Position numbers and translations under genes: made by a program
In this document: piece by piece, positions 28,201-52,429 of the stretch
Layout: each line of letters opens with the position of its first letter
How positions within the stretch are numbered: the stretch's first letter is position 1
From: the human T2T-CHM13v2.0 reference genome, Homo sapiens
Assembly: GCA_009914755.4 (NCBI GenBank)
Contig: CP068257.2
Span: forward strand, 6,176,001 to 6,240,000
Direction: 5' to 3'
Length of the DNA: 64,000 bases
Notes under the pieces: model-generated
Told to the model about the DNA's origin: nothing
Seen by the model: only the letters and a program-made list of their open reading frames with translations
Databases searched by the model: none

Positions 28201-31200
28201 CCTGGGTGATTTTGTGCAGAGATATTTCGCAGTGCCCCCTTTGGGCAGAGGGTAAACAAGAGTTACATCACCTAGGTGATCATTGCAGAGATTTGTCAAA
28301 ATTCCCTGTAGGCAGTGCTTATAAAAGTGTTACATATACTAAGTGTTCAGTACAGAGATATGTCACAAAGCTCCTGTAGGCAGAACTTAGATGACTTACA
28401 TCACCTGGGTGATCAGTGAAAGGTATGTCAGAAAGCCCCCTGTAGGCAAAGCGTAGAAAATAGTTACATCACTTGGGTGATCAGTGGCGAGATCTCTCAC
28501 AATTCCCCTGTAGGCAGAGCTTTTAAAACAGTTACATCACCTGGGTGATCAGTGCAGAGATATGTCCCAATGCCCCCATAGGCAGATCCAAGACAAGAGT
28601 CCGTCACCTGGGTGATCAGTGCAGAAATATGTCACAATGCCCCCTTAGGCAGAGCCTATACAACAGCCCCATCACCTGGATGATCAGTGCAGATATATGT
28701 CACAAAGTCCCTTTAGGCAGATCCTAGACAAGTGTTACATCACCTGGGTGAGCAGTGCAGAGATATGTCACAATGCCACTGTAGGCAGAGCCTAGACAAG
28801 AGTTACATGACCTAGGTGATCAGTGCAGAGATACATCACAATGCCCCTCTAGGCAGAGCCTTGACAATTGGTATATCACCTGGGTGATCATTGCAGGGAT
28901 ATGTCACAAAGCACCCTGTAGGCAGATCCTAGAGAAGAGTTATATCACCTGGGTGATCAGTGCAGAGATATTTCACAGGACCCCTGTAGGCAGAGCATAG
29001 ACAAGAGTTATGTCACCTGGGTGATCAGTGCAGTGATTTGTCACGATGCCATGTAGCCAGAGCCTAGAATTAAGTTACAGCACCTGGGAGAACAGTGCAG
29101 AGATATGTCACAATGTCCCTAGTAGGCAGAGACCAGGCAAGAGTTGGATCACCTCGGGATCAGTGCAGAGTTATGTCTCAATCCCGCTGTGGGCACAGCC
29201 TAGACAAGAGTTACATCATCTCGCTTAGCAGTGCAGAAATATGTCAAAATGCCCCTGTAGGCAGAGCCTACACAAGTGTTACATCACTTAGGTGATCAGT
29301 GCAGAGATATGTCACAATACCCCCTGTAAGCAGAGTCTAGACAAGAGTTACATCACCTGGGTGATCAGTGCAGAGATATGTGACAAGGCCCCTTTATGCA
29401 TAGCGTAGACAAGAGTTACATCTCCTGGGTGATCAGTGCAAAGATACGTCACAAAGCCTCCTGTAGACAAATACCAGAGTATTCTTACATCACCTGGGTG
29501 ATCAGTGGAGATATCTGACACAATTCCCCTTTAGGCGCAGCTTAGACAAGCGTTACATCACATGAGTGATCAGTGCAGAGATATGTCACTATGCCCCCAT
29601 AGGCAGATCCAAGACAAGGGTCCATCACCTGTGTGATCAGTGCAGAAATATGTCACAATGCCCCTATAGCCATATCCTTGAGAAAAGTGACATCACCTGG
29701 GTGATCAGGGCGGAGATATGTCACAATGTCTCTAGTAGGCAGAGCCTAGGCAGGAGTTACATCACTTGGGTGATCAGGGCTGAGATATGTCACAATGCCC
29801 CCTGTAAGAATATCCCAGAGAAGAGTTGCATCACCTCAGTTATCAGTGCAGAGACATGCCTCAATGCCCACTGTCAGCGATGCCTATACAAGAGTCAAAT
29901 CACCTGGGTGATCAGTGCAGAGGTATCTCACAATACCCCTGTAAGCAGAGCCTAGACAAGAGTTACTTCACCTGGGTTATCAGAGCACAGATATGTCATA
30001 AATCCCACTGTAGGCAAAGCCTAGACAAGTTTTACATCACCTCAGTGATCAGTGCAGAGATATGTCCCAATGTCCCTCTAGGCAGAGCTTAGACAAGAGT
30101 CACATCTCCTGGGTGATCAGTGCAGAGATAAGTCACAATGCCCACATAGGCAGGCCTAGACAAGAGTTACATCACTTAGGTGATCAGCGTAGAGATATGT
30201 GAAAATTGCCCTGTAGACAGAGCTTAGACAAGTGTTACATCACCTAGTGATCAGTGCAGGGATAAGTTGTAAAGCCTCCTGTAGGCAGAGTGTAGACAAT
30301 TGTTTCCTCCATAGGTTGATCAGTGCAGATATATGTCACAAAGCCCCTGTAAGTAGAACCTTGACAAGGGTTACATCACATGTTTGATCAGTGGAAATGT
30401 ATATCACAAAGCCCCCTGTAGGCAAAGCCCAGGCAATTGTTACATCACCTGGGTGAGCAGTGGAGAGATCTGTCACAATGCCTCTGTAGGCAGAGCTTAG
30501 ACAAGGGTTACTTCACTTTGGTGATCAGTGCAGAGATATGTGAGAATTCCCGTGTAGGCAGAGCTGAGACAAGTGTTACATCATCTTGGTTATCAGTGCA
30601 GCTTTAAGTCATAAAGCCTCCTGTAGGCAGAGCGTAGACAAGAGATCCCTCCCCAGGGTGATCAGTGCAGAGATGTGTCACAAAGCCCCTGGAGGCAGAG
30701 CCTAGACAAGAGTTTCATCACTTGGTTGATCAGTTCAGAGATGTGTCACAATGTTCATGTAGGCAGATCTAAGAAAAGAGTCCATCACCTGGGTGATCAG
30801 TGCAGAGTTATATACCAATGTACCATGTAGGCAGTGCCTATAGAAGAGTTGCTTCACCTCAGAGATCAGTGCATAGATATGTCACAAATTCTTCTGTAGG
30901 CAAAGCCCATAAAAGGCTTACATCACTTAGGTGATCAGTGCAATGGTATGTCACAAAAATCCCTGTAGACAGAGCCTAGAAAAGAGTTACATCACCTGGG
31001 TGATCAGTGCAGATATTTGACACAATGCCCCCATAGACAGAGCCCAGACAAGACTTCCATCACCTCGGTGATCAGTGCAGAGATATGCCAGAAATCTCTC
31101 TCCAGGCAGAGTGTAGAGAAGAGTCCCATCACCTAGGTGATCAGTGCAGAGATATTTCACAATGCCCTCTGTAGGTAGAGAGTGGACAAGAGTTACAGAA

Positions 31201-34200
31201 CCTAGGTGATCTTTGCAGAGCTATGTCAAAACTCCCCTGTAGGCAGAGCCTAGATAATTGTTATATCACCTGGGTGATCAGTGCAGAGATACGTCACAAT
31301 AACCCCAGTAGGTGGAGCCTAGAGAAGACTTACATTACCTGGGTGAAAAGTACACATATAGGTCACAAAGCCCCTGTAGTCGGAGCCTAGACAAGAGTTA
31401 CATCACCGGGGTGATCAGTGCACAAACATGTCACAAAGCCCCTGTAGGCCGAACCTAGACAAGAGTTACATCTCCTGGGTGATCAGTACAAAGATATGTC
31501 ACAAAGCCCCCTGTAGACAAATCCCAGAAAATTGTTACATCACCTCGGTGATTATTAGAGACATCTGTAACAATTCCCCTTTAGTCGCAGCATAGACAAG
31601 GGTTACATCACATGAGTGATTAGTGCAGAGATATGTCACTATGCCCCCGTAGGCAGATCCAAGACAAGAGTCCATCACCTGGGTGATCAGTGCAGAAATA
31701 TGCCACAGTGCCGCCAGTAGGCAGATATAGACAAGAGTTACATTACCTGCATGATCACTGTAGAGATATTTCACAATGTCCCTGTAGGCAGAGCATAGAC
31801 AAGTGTCCCATCACCTGGGTGATCAGTGCAGAGTTAGTTCACAATGCCCCCTTTTGGCAGAGCCTAGACAAGGGTTACATCACCTGGGTGATCAGTGCAG
31901 AGATGTGTCACAAGCCTCCTGTAGCCAGAGCCTAGAAAACTGTTACATCAGCTGTGTGATCAGTACAGTGACATGTCACAAAGTCCCTGTAGCCATATCC
32001 TTGACAAAAGTGACATCACCTGGGTGATCAGTGCTGAGATACGTCACAATGTCTCCAGTAGGCAGAGCCTAGACAAGAGTTACATCACCTGGGTGATCAG
32101 GGCAGAGATATGTCACAATGCCCCCTGTAAGCAGATCCCAGAAAAGAGTTGCATCACCTCGGTGGTCAGTGCAGAGATATGTCTCAATGCCCCCTGTGAG
32201 CGAAGCCTATACAAGAGTCACATCATCTCGGTGTTCAGTGCAGTGATATGTGAAAATGCCCCTGTAGGCAGAGCCTAGGCAAGGGTTACATCACCTGGTT
32301 GACCAGTGCAGAGATATCTCACAATATCCCCTGTAAGCAGAGCCTAGACAAGAGTTACATCACCTGGGTGATCATTGTAGAGATATATCATAAATCTCAT
32401 TGTATGCAAAGCCTAGAGAAGTTTTACATCACCTCAGCAATCAGTGCAGAGATATGTCCCAATGCCCCCATAGGCAGATCCAAGACAAGTGTACGTCACC
32501 TGGGTGGTCAGTGCAGAAATACGTCACAATCCTCCCTTAGGCAGAGACTAGAAAAAATCCCCATCACCTGGATGATCAGTGCAGAGTTATGTCACCAGGT
32601 GCCTTCAGGTAGATCCTAGAGAAGAGTTACATCACTTGGATGTTCAGTGCAGAGATATGTCACAATGCCACTGCAGGCAGAGCCTAGACAAGAGTTACAT
32701 GACCTAGGTGATCAGTGAGGAGATACATCGCTATGTCCCTGTAGGCAGAGCCTTGACAAGCAGTACATCACCTGGGTGATCATTGCAGGGATATGTCTCA
32801 AAGTACCCTGTAGGCATATCTTAGAAAAGAGTTACACCACCTGGGTGATCAGTGCAGGGATATGTCACAATGCCACTGTAGGCAGAGCCTAGACAAGTGT
32901 TACATGACCTAGGTGATCAGTGCAGAGATACATCGCAATGCCCCTGTATGTAGAGCCTTGACAACTGGTACGTCACCAGGGTGATCATTACAGGGATATA
33001 TCACGAAGCATGTTGTATTCAGATCCTAGAGAAGAGTTATATAACCTGGGTGATCAGTGCAGAGATATGTCTCAATACCCCCTGTAAGCAGAGCCTAGAC
33101 AAGAGTTACATCACCTGGGTGATCATTGCAGAGATATGTGACAAGCCCCTTTAAGCAGAGCCTAGACAATAGTTACATCACCTGAGTGATCAGTGCAGAG
33201 ATCTCTCACAATAGCCCTTTAGGCAGAGCTTGGACCAGAGTTGCATCACCTGAGTGATCAGCGCAGAGATATGACACAATGTCCCCATAGGCAAATCCAA
33301 GACAAGAGTCCGTCACCTGGGAGATCAGTGCAGAAATATGTGACAATGCCCCCAGTACGCAGAGCCTAGAGAAGAGTTCCATCACCTGGGTGATCAGTGC
33401 AGAGATATTTCCCAATGCTCCTGCAGGGAGAGCACAAGCAAGAGTTACATCACCTAGATGATCAGTGCAGAGATATCTCACAAGGCCCTCTATAGGCAAA
33501 TCCCTGACAAGAGTTACATCAATTCAGTGATCAATGCAGTGATATGTCACTATGCCCCGTAGGCAGAGCCTAGTCAAGCGTTACAGCACCTGGGTGATCA
33601 GTGCACAGTTATGTCACAATGCCCCCTTTTGGCAGAGCCTAGGCAAGGGTTACATCACAGGGGTGATCAGTGCAGAGATGTGTCACAAGCCCCCTGTATC
33701 CAGAGCCTATACAAGAGTTACATCACCTGTGTGATCAGTGCAGTGACATGTCACAGTATCCCTGTAGTCATATCATTGACAAAAGTGACATCACCTGGGT
33801 GATCAGTGCGGAAATATGTCACAATGTCTCCAGTAGGCAGAGCCTAGAAAAGAGTTACATCACCTGGGTGATCAGGGCAGAGATATGTCACAATGCCCCC
33901 TGTAAGCAGATCCAAGACAAGAGTTGCATCACCTCGGTGATCAGTGCAGAGATATGTCTCAATGCCCCCTGTCGGCGAAGCCTATACAAGAGTTACATCA
34001 CATGGGTGATCAGAGCAGAGATGTGTCATAAATCCCACTGTAGGCAAAGCCTAGACAAGTTTGCATCACCTCAGCGATCAGTGCAGAGATATGTCACAAT
34101 GACCCATAGGCAAATCCAAGACAAGAGTCCTTCACTTGGGTGATCAGTGCAGACATGTGTGACAATGCCCACAGTAAGCAGAGCCTAGAGAAGGGTCTCA

Positions 34201-37200
34201 TCACCTGGGTGATCAGTGAAGAGATATTTCACAATGCCCCTGCAGGCAGAGCCTACACAAGTGTTACATCACTTAGGTGATCAGTGCAGAGATATGTCAC
34301 AATACCCAGTGTAAGCAGAGCCTAGACAAGAGTTACATCACCTGGGTAATCAGTGCAGAGATATGTGACAAGGCCCCTTTAAGGAGTGCCTAGACAATAG
34401 TTACATCACCTGGGTGATCAGTGCACAGATATGTGACAATGCCCCTTTAAGCAGAGCCTAGACAATAGTTACATCACCTGAGTGATCAGTGCAGAGATCT
34501 GTCACAATGCCCATTTAGGCAGAGCTTAGACAAGAGTTACATCACCTGGGTGATCAGTGCAGAGATATGTCACAATGGCCCCATAGGCAAATCCAAGACA
34601 AGAGTCCATACCCTGGGTGATCTGTGCAGAATTATGTGACGATGCCCCCAGTAGGCAGAGCCTTGAAAAGTGTCCTATTACCTGGGTGATCAGTGCAGAG
34701 ATATTTCACAATGCCCCTGCAGGCAGTGTGTAAGCAAGAGTTACATCACGTAGATGATCAGTGCAGAGATATGTCACAAGACCCCCTATAGGCTGAGCCT
34801 GGACAACAGTTACATCACCTGGGTGATCAGTGCAGATTTATCTCACAATACCCCCTGTAAGCAGAGCTTAGACAAGAGTTACATAACCTGGGTGATCAGT
34901 GCAGGGATATGTCATAAATCCCACTGTAGGCAAAGCCTAGACAAGTTTTACATCACCTCAGTGATCAGTGCAGAGTTATGTCCCAATGTCCCTTTAGGCA
35001 GAGCTTAGACAAGAATCACATCTCCTGGGTGATCAGTGCAGAGATAAGTCACAATGCCCCCGTAGGCAGAGCCTAGAAAAGAGTTACATAACCCGGGTGA
35101 TCCGTGCAGTGGGATGTCACAACGCCCTCTGTAGGCAGAGAATAGAAAAGAGTTACATCACCTGGGTGATCAGTGCAGAGATATGTCACAATGCCACCTG
35201 TAGGCAGAGCATAGAGAAGAGTTGCATCACCTGTGTGGTCAATGCAGACATATGTCACAATGTCCCCTGTAGGCAGAGCATGGAGAAGAGTTGCATCACC
35301 TGGGTGATCACTGCAGAGATATGTCACAATGTACCCTGTAGGCAAAGCCTAGGCAAGAGTTACATCACCTTTGTCATTGGTTCAGGGATAGGTGAAATCG
35401 CCCCTGTAGGCAGAGCCTAGACAAGATTTACATCACCTAGATGATCAGTGCAGAGACATTTCACAATACCGCTTGTAGGCAGATCCTAGACAAGAGTAGA
35501 ATCACCTGGGTAATCAGGCAGAGATATTTCACAATGCCCCCTTTGGACAGAGGGTAGACAAGTGTTACATAAAAAATGTGATCAGTGCAGAGATTTGTTA
35601 AAATTCCCTGTAGGCAGTGTTTATAAAATCGTTACATCACCTAGATGATCAGTGCAGAGATATGACACAATGCTCCTGTAGGCAGAAATTAGATAAGTTA
35701 CATCACCTGGGTGATCAGTGCAAAGGTTTCTCACAAAGCCCCCTGTAGGCAGAGCCTAAATAATAGTTACATCACTTGGGTCATCATTGGCGAGATCTCT
35801 CACAATTTCCCTGTAGGCAGAGCTTATACAACAGTTACGTCACCTGGGTGATCAGTGCAGAGATAAGTCACAATGCGTCCTTAGGCAGATCCAAAGCAAG
35901 AGTCTGTCACCTCGGTGATCAGTGCAGAAATATGTCACAATGCCCCCTTAGGCAGAGCCTAGACAAAAGCCTCAAAACCTGGATGATCAGTGCAGAGTTA
36001 TGTCACAAAATCCCTTTAGGGAGATCCTAGAAAATAGTTACATCACCTGGGTGATCAGTGCAAAGATATGTCACAATGCCACTGTAGGCAGAGCCTAGAC
36101 AAGAGTTACATGACCTAGGTGATCAGTGCAGAGATACATCGTAATGCCCCTGTAGGCAGAGCCTTGACAAGTGTTATACCACCTGGGTGATCATTGCAGG
36201 GATATGTCACAAAGCACCATGTAGGCAGATCGTAGAGAAGAGTTATGTCACCTGTGTGATCAGTGCAGAGATATGTCACAAGCCCCCTGTAGGCAGAGCC
36301 TAGACAAGAGTTATATCAACTGGGTAATCAGTGCAGTGATATGTCACAATGCATGTAGAAAGAGCCTAGACTAAAGTTACAACACCTGGGAGATCAGTGC
36401 AGAGATATATCACAATGTCCCCATTAGGCAGAGACCAGGGAAGATTTGGATCACCTCGGGATCAGTGCAGAGATATGTCTCAATCCCCCTGTGGGCACAG
36501 CCTAGACAAGAGTTACATCACCTCGGTTAACAGTGCAGTGATATGTCAAGGTGCCCCTGTAGGCAGAGCCTACACAAGTGTTACATCACTTAGGTGATCA
36601 GTGCAGAGATATGTCACAATACTCCCTCTAAGCAGAGCCTAGACAAGAGTTACATCACCTGGGTGACCAGTGCAGAGATATGTGACAAGGCCCCTTTAAG
36701 CAGAGCCTTGACAATAGTTACATCACCTAAGTGATCAGTGCAGAATTCTGTCACAATGCCCCTTTAGGCAGAGCTTAGACCAGAGTTACATCACCTGGGT
36801 GATCAGTGCAGTGATATGTCACAATGCCCCCCTAGGCAAATCCCAGATGAGAGTCCGTCACCTGGGTGATCAGTGCAGACATATGTGACAATGCCCCCAG
36901 TAGGCAGAGCGTAGAGAAGATTCCCATCACCTGGGTGATCAGTGCAGAGATATTTCACAATGCCCCTGCAGGTAGAGCGTAAGCAAGAGTTACATCACCT
37001 AGATGATCTGTGCAGAGATATGTCACAATGCCCCCTAAAAGCAGAGCCTGGACAAGAGTTATATCACCTCAGCGATCAATACAGTGATATGTCACTATGC
37101 CCCATAGGCAGAGCCTAGTGAAGCGTTACATCACCTGGGTGATCAGTGTAGAGATGTGTCATAAAACCGCCATACACAGAGCCTAGACAAGAGTCCCATC

Positions 37201-37405
37201 ACCTGGGTGATCAGTGAAGCAATATGTAACAATGCCCCCATAGGCATATCCAACAAAATAGTTACATCACCTGTGGGATTAGTGTAGAGATATGTCACAA
37301 TACCCCCATAGGCCGAGCCTAGATAAAAGTCCCGTCACCTGGGTGATCAGTGCAGAGATATGTTACAAAGCCCCTGTAGGCAGAGCCTAATCAAGTGTTA
37401 CATCG
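25240..37405 (-). repeat. Beta-satellite array, orientation B (12.2 kb). LSau-like block after unit D at about 25500-26160; orphan LSau-like block at about 30170-30900.
   Basis: 68-bp monomers. The array contains paralogous sub-blocks; for example the 'MQRYVTMS…' monomer variant recurs at 21428, 29095 and 36397, and the 'KSHCRQSLDKFYITS' variant at 19560, 27560, 30050, 32430 and 34960. Confidence 0.9.
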
Positions 37406-38092
37406 GTTTGTTGATCAGTTCAGAGATCTGTCATGCTGACTGTTTGCTCCCGGAGCTCTGCGGGCACCTGGAAACATGCAGGGAAGTGTGGAAGACTGGC
37501 ATGGTGCCTTCGCTCTCCTTGCCAGTTTCCAAACCGGCCATACTGCAGACACCCCATGTTGCCGCACACGGGAATCCATAGTCAGGCCATCACGCCGGGG
37601 TGCCATCTTCTCTCTGGGGTCTCGCTCTTGTCTCCTACGTGGAAATAAATGAACGAGAGCCACACGACTGCGTGTGTGAGACTGTCCCGTCAACGGCGAC
37701 ACCCATAAGCACTGCGTCCTCCACGGAGAGAGGGCCTGGAACACTCAAGACTCCCAAGGAGGTTCAGTTCCACACTCCCCTCCACACTCCCAGACCGGTT
37801 TCTCCCTGCTGAAGACGTGTGGGAGCCCAGAGAGCGGCTTCCAGTTCCCGCGGGATTCCTGGATATGTCAGGAGAGCCAGCCCCGGAAACGCGACCCCCT
37901 CACCCATTCCCCCTCGCCCCCTTCCTCTTCGTCCCACCAGCCCCACCGCCACCATCAACACGCCTTCCCCCTCCCACACCACCACTCCCCGGCCGCAGGC
38001 CTCGACGCCCTGGGACCCTTCTGTGGTGAGGCGGGGTGTCCCAGGTTTCACCACCATTCATGAAGCGGTGGAGCCTGCCAGCCTGCGGCCTT

Positions 38093-38097
38093 TATAA
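38093..38097 (+). promoter_or_regulatory. TATAA box of unit E, 136 bp upstream of the ATG at 38233
   Basis: 'gcggcctttataagagccgctgg'. Confidence 0.35.
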
Positions 38098-38163
38098 GAG
38101 CCGCTGGGTGGCTGTCCGGGCGGGCCTCCTGGCTGCACCTGCCGCAGTGCACAGGGCGGCTGA

Positions 38164-44357
<6,194 letters not shown>

Positions 44358-44696
44358 TGGAGAGCGTCCCTGGAACACTGAAGATTCCCACAGAGGTTCA
44401 GTTCTACACTCCCCACCACCCTCCCAGGCCGGTTTCTCCCTGCTGAAGACGTTTGGGAACTCAGAGGGCGGCTTCCAGTTCCCGCGGGATTCCTGGGGAG
44501 GTCCGGAGAGCCAGCTCCTGAAACGCGCACCCCTCACCACTTCCCCCTCGCCCCCTTCCTCTTCGTCATTCCGGCCCCACCTCCACCATCACCACGCCCT
44601 CCCACCCCACACCACCACCCACCGGCAGCAGGACTCAACGCCCTGGGACCCTTCCGGGGTGGGGTAGTCTGTCCCAGGGCTCACCACCATTCATGA

Positions 44697-44849
<153 letters not shown>

Positions 44850-44867
44850 TGACTGGGGCTCCCCGCG

Positions 44868-46135
<1,268 letters not shown>

Positions 46136-46849
46136 ACCCCGGGTCGGGACGGGATCAGGTCGGGGCAGGGCGGTGGCCTCTCTTTCACGGCTAACACCTG
46201 GCTGGCTATGGATTGGCATGTCTTCCCCCTGCCCCCTCCACCGGGCTGACTGGCCTGGGATTCCTGCCTTCTAGGTCTAGGCCCAGTGAGTGGCTCCACC
46301 CAGCAGAGACCGGCCATTCTTTCCTGGGCATCACAGGGATCCCAGAGCCGGCCCAGGTACTAGCAGGTGGGCTCCCTACTGCGCACGCGCGGGTTTGCGG
46401 GCAGCCGCCTGTGCTGTGGGAGCAGCACATCCCATGACTTTCCACCATCCCATCCTCGCCTGACCACCACCTCCCCACCCCCACCCCGCACACCCGGAAA
46501 ATGCATCGTCCCCTGGGCTAGGTGGAGACCCCCTTCCCGGAAAACACTGAGCCCATGCAGCGTCCAGGCCTGACAACCCTCCGGCGGCTCCCCTACTCTG
46601 CATCTCTGCGCCACCGTCACTGGCCAGCCAGTGAACCTGCAGCCTCCCAGCTGCCTCCATACAGAGCTTGGCGGTGGAACGCAGATATCTAGCTCTCTTT
46701 GCCAGCCTCCTGGCTAGACCTGCGCTAATTGCGCACCCCGGCTGATGTGCAAGGGAGCCCGCTGGCCTCTCTGTGCCCTTGTCCTTCTGTGAAATTCCAG
46801 CTGAGGCTCTCCCAACACCTTCCAACGCTCTTTAGTCAAAGCCTAGAGA

Positions 46850-49800
46850 ATAGTTACAACTCCTGGATGATCAGTTCAGAAATATGTCACAATGTCCCCT
46901 CCCTGCGGAGCCTAGAGAAGATTTGCGTCATTTGGGTGATCAGTGCAGAGATTTATCACAATGTCCCCCATAGAAAAAACCTGAAAATGATTTACATCAC
47001 CTCGGTGATCAGTGCATAGGTATGTCAGAAATCCCCAGTAGGCTGAACTTAGACAAGGGTTATATCACTTAGGTGATCAGTGTAGAGATATGTGAAAATT
47101 CCCGTGTAGACAGAGCCTAGACAAGTGTTACATCACCTAGTGATCAGTGCAGGGATAAGTCATAAAGCCTCCTGTAGGCAGAGTGTAGACAAGTGTTTCC
47201 TCCCTGTGGTGATCAGTGCAGAGATATGTCACAAAGCCCCTATAAGCAGAACCTCGACACGGGTTACATCACCTGTTTGATCAGTGGAAATGTATAACGC
47301 AAAGCCCCCTGTAAGCAAAGCCCAGACAATTGTTACATCAGCTGGGTGAGCAGTGGAGTAATCTGTCACAATGCCCCTGTAGGCAGAGCTTTGACAAGGG
47401 TTACATCACCTGCGTGATCAGTGCAGAGATATGTCGAAACGCTCCTGTAGGCTGAACCGAGACAGGAGTCACATCACCTGGGTGATCAGTGCAGAGATAT
47501 GTGAGAATTCCCGTTTAGGCAGAGCCTAGACAAGTGTTACATCAACTAGGTTATCAGTGCAGGTATAAGTCATAAAGCCTCCTGTAGGCAGAGAATAGAC
47601 AAGAGTTCCCTCCCCAGGGTGATCAGTGCAGAGAAGTGTCACATAGCCCCTGAAGGCAGAGCCTAGACAAGAGTTTCATCACTTGGTTGATCAGTTCAGA
47701 GATGTGTCATAATGTCCATGTAGGCAGATCTAAGACAAGAGTCCATCACCTGGGTGATCAGTGCAGAGATATGTACCAATGTCCCCGGTAGGCCGTGCCT
47801 AGACAAGAGTTGCATCACCTCAGAGATCAGTGCATGGATATGTCACAAAGCCTTCTGTAGGCAAAGACCATACAAGGCTTACATCACCTAGGTGATGAGT
47901 GCAGTGTTATGTCACAAAAATCCCAGTAGACAGAGCCTAGACAAGGGTTACATCACCTGGGTTATCAGTGCAGATATTTGACACAATGCACCCATAGACA
48001 GAGCCTAGAGAAGACTTCCATCACCTGCGTGATCAGTGCAGAGATATGTCACAATGCCCTCTGTAGGCAGAGCATAGAGAAGAGTTGCATCACCTGGGTG
48101 ATCACTGCAGAGATATGTCACAATGTCCCCTGTAGGCAAAGCCTAGGCAAAAGTTACATCACCTTTGTCATCAGTTCAGGGATATGTGAAAACGCCCCTG
48201 TAGGCAGAGCCTAGACAAGAGTTACATCACCTAGTTGATCAGTGCAGAGATATTTCACAATACCCTGTGTACGCAGATCCTAGACAAGAGTTGAATCACC
48301 TGGGTGATCAGTACAGAGATATTTCACAATGCCCCCTTTGGGCAGAGGGTAGACAACAGTTATATCACCTAGGTGATCAGTGCAGAGACTTGTCAAAATT
48401 CCCTGTAGGCAGTGCTTACAAAATTGTCACATCACCTAAGTGATCAGTGCAGAGATATGTCACAAAGCTCCTTTAGGCAGAACTTAGATGAGTTACGTCA
48501 CCTGGGTGATCAGTGCAAAGCTATGTCACAAAGCCCCCTGTAGGCAAATCCTAGACTATCGTTACATCATTTGGGTAATCAGTGGCGAGATCTCTCACAA
48601 TTTCCCCGTAGGCAGAGCTTATACAACAGTTACATCACCTGGGTGATCACTGCAGAGATATGTCACTATGCCCCCATAGGCAGATCCAAGACAAGAGTCC
48701 GTCACCTGGGTGACCAGTGCAGAAATATGTCACAATTCCCCCTTAAGCAGAGCCTAGACAAAAGCCCCATCACCTGGATGATCAGTGCAGAGTTATGTCA
48801 CAAAATCCCTTTAGTCAGATGCTAGACAAGAGTTATATCACTTGGATGATCAGTGCAGAGATATGTCACAAAGCCACTGTAGACAGAGCCTAGACAAGAA
48901 TTACATGACCTAGGTGATCAGTGCAGAGATACATCACAATATCCCTGTAGGCAGAGCCTTGACAAGTGGTACATCACCTGGGTGATCATTGCAGGGATAT
49001 GTTCCAAAGCTCCCTGTAGGAAGATCCTAGAAAAGAGTTACATCACCTTGGTGATCAGTGCAGAGATATGTCACAATGCCACTGTAGGCATAGCCTAGAC
49101 AAGAGTTACATGACCTATCTGATCAGTGCAGAGATACATCGCAATGCCCCTGTAGGCAGAGCCATGACAAATGGTGTATCACCTGGGTGATCATTGCAGG
49201 GATACGTCACAAAGCACCTTGTAGGAAGATCCTAGAGAAGAGTTATATCACCTGGGTAATCAGTGCAGAGATATGTCACAAGCCCCCTGTAGGAAGAGCC
49301 TAGACAAGAATTATATCACCTGGGTGGTCATTGCAGTGATATGTCACAAGGCCGTGTAGCCAGAGCCTAGACTAAAGTTACAGCACCTGGGAGATCAGTA
49401 CAGAGATATGTCACAATGTACACAGTAGGCAGAGACCAGGCAAGATTTGGATCACCTCGGGATCAGTGCAGAGATATGTCTCAATCTCCCTGTGGGCACA
49501 GCCTAGACAAGAGATACATCACCTCGGTTAACAGTGCAGAGATATGTCAAAATGCCCCTGTAGGCAGAGCCTACACAAGTGTTACATAACTTAGGTGATC
49601 AGTGCAGAGATATGTCACAATACACCCTGTAAATAGGGCCTAGACAAGAGTTACATCACCTGGGTGATCAGTGCAGAGACCTGTTACAATGCCCCGTTAG
49701 GCAGAGCTTAGACCAGGGTTACACCACCTGGGTGATCAGTGCAGAGATATGTCACAATGCCCCCATAGGCAAATCCAAGACAATAGTCCGTCACCTGGGT

Positions 49801-50340
49801 GATCAGTGCAGACATCTGTGACAATGCCCCCAGTAAGCAGAGCCTAGAGAAGGGTCCCATCACCTGTGTGATAAGTGCAGAGGTATTTCACAATGCCCCT
49901 GAAGGCAGAGCGTAAGCAAGAGTTACATCCCCTAGGTGATCACTGCAGAGATATGTCACAAGGCCCCCTATAGCTAGAGCCTGGACAAGAGTTTTATCAC
50001 CTCGGTGATCAATGCAGTGATATGTCACTATACCCCGTAGGCGGAGCCTAGTGAAGCGTTCCATCACCTGGGTGATCAGTGCAGAGTTATGTCACAAAGC
50101 CCCCATACACAGAGCAAAGAAAAGAGTCCCAACACCTGGGTGATCAGTGCAGAAATATGTCACAATTACCCCATAGGCAGATCCAACACAAGAGTTCCAT
50201 CACCTGGGTGATCAGTGTAGAGATGTGTCACAATGCCCCCATAGGCAGAGCCTAGACAAGAGCCCCATCACCTGAGTGATCAGTGCAGAGATATGTCACA
50301 AAGCCCCTGTAGGCAGAGCCTAGAAAAGAGTTACTTTACT
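46850..50340 (-). repeat. Beta-satellite array, orientation B (3.5 kb); LSau-like block at 46850-47760
   Basis: 68-bp monomers. The pre-unit segment 50100-50340 is paralogous to 22190-22430 and 37160-37405. Confidence 0.9.
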
Positions 50341-50741
50341 TTGTTGATCAGTTCAGAGATGTGTCATGCTGACTGTTTGCTCCCGTATCTCTGCGGGCAC
50401 CCGGATACAGGCAGGGAAGGGTGGAAGACTGGCATGGTGCCTTCTCTCTCCTTGCCAGTTTCCAAACCGGCCACACTGCAGCCTCCCCATGTTGCCACAC
50501 TTGGGAATCCATCATCAGGCCATCATGCCAGGGAGGCATCTTCTCTCTGGTGTCTCGCTCTGCTCTCCTACGTGGAAATGAACGAGAGCCATACGCTTGC
50601 GTGTGTGAGACTGTCCCGGCAATGTCGACACCCACAGGCACTTCCTCTTTCACGGAAAGAAGGCCTGTAACACTCCAGACTCCCACGGAGGTTCACTTCC
50701 ACACTCCCCTCCACCCTCCCACGCTGGTTTCTCCCTGCTGA

Positions 50742-52429
<1,688 letters not shown>

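Noticed and set aside
37640-37650. AATAAA hexamers inside units (e.g. 'ggaaataaatgaacg' in the unit E 5' flank; 'ggcaaataaagc' at 4865 on the plus strand of unit B)
   Set aside because: They lie upstream of, or on the opposite strand to, the DUX4-like genes and are not positioned as 3'-end signals.
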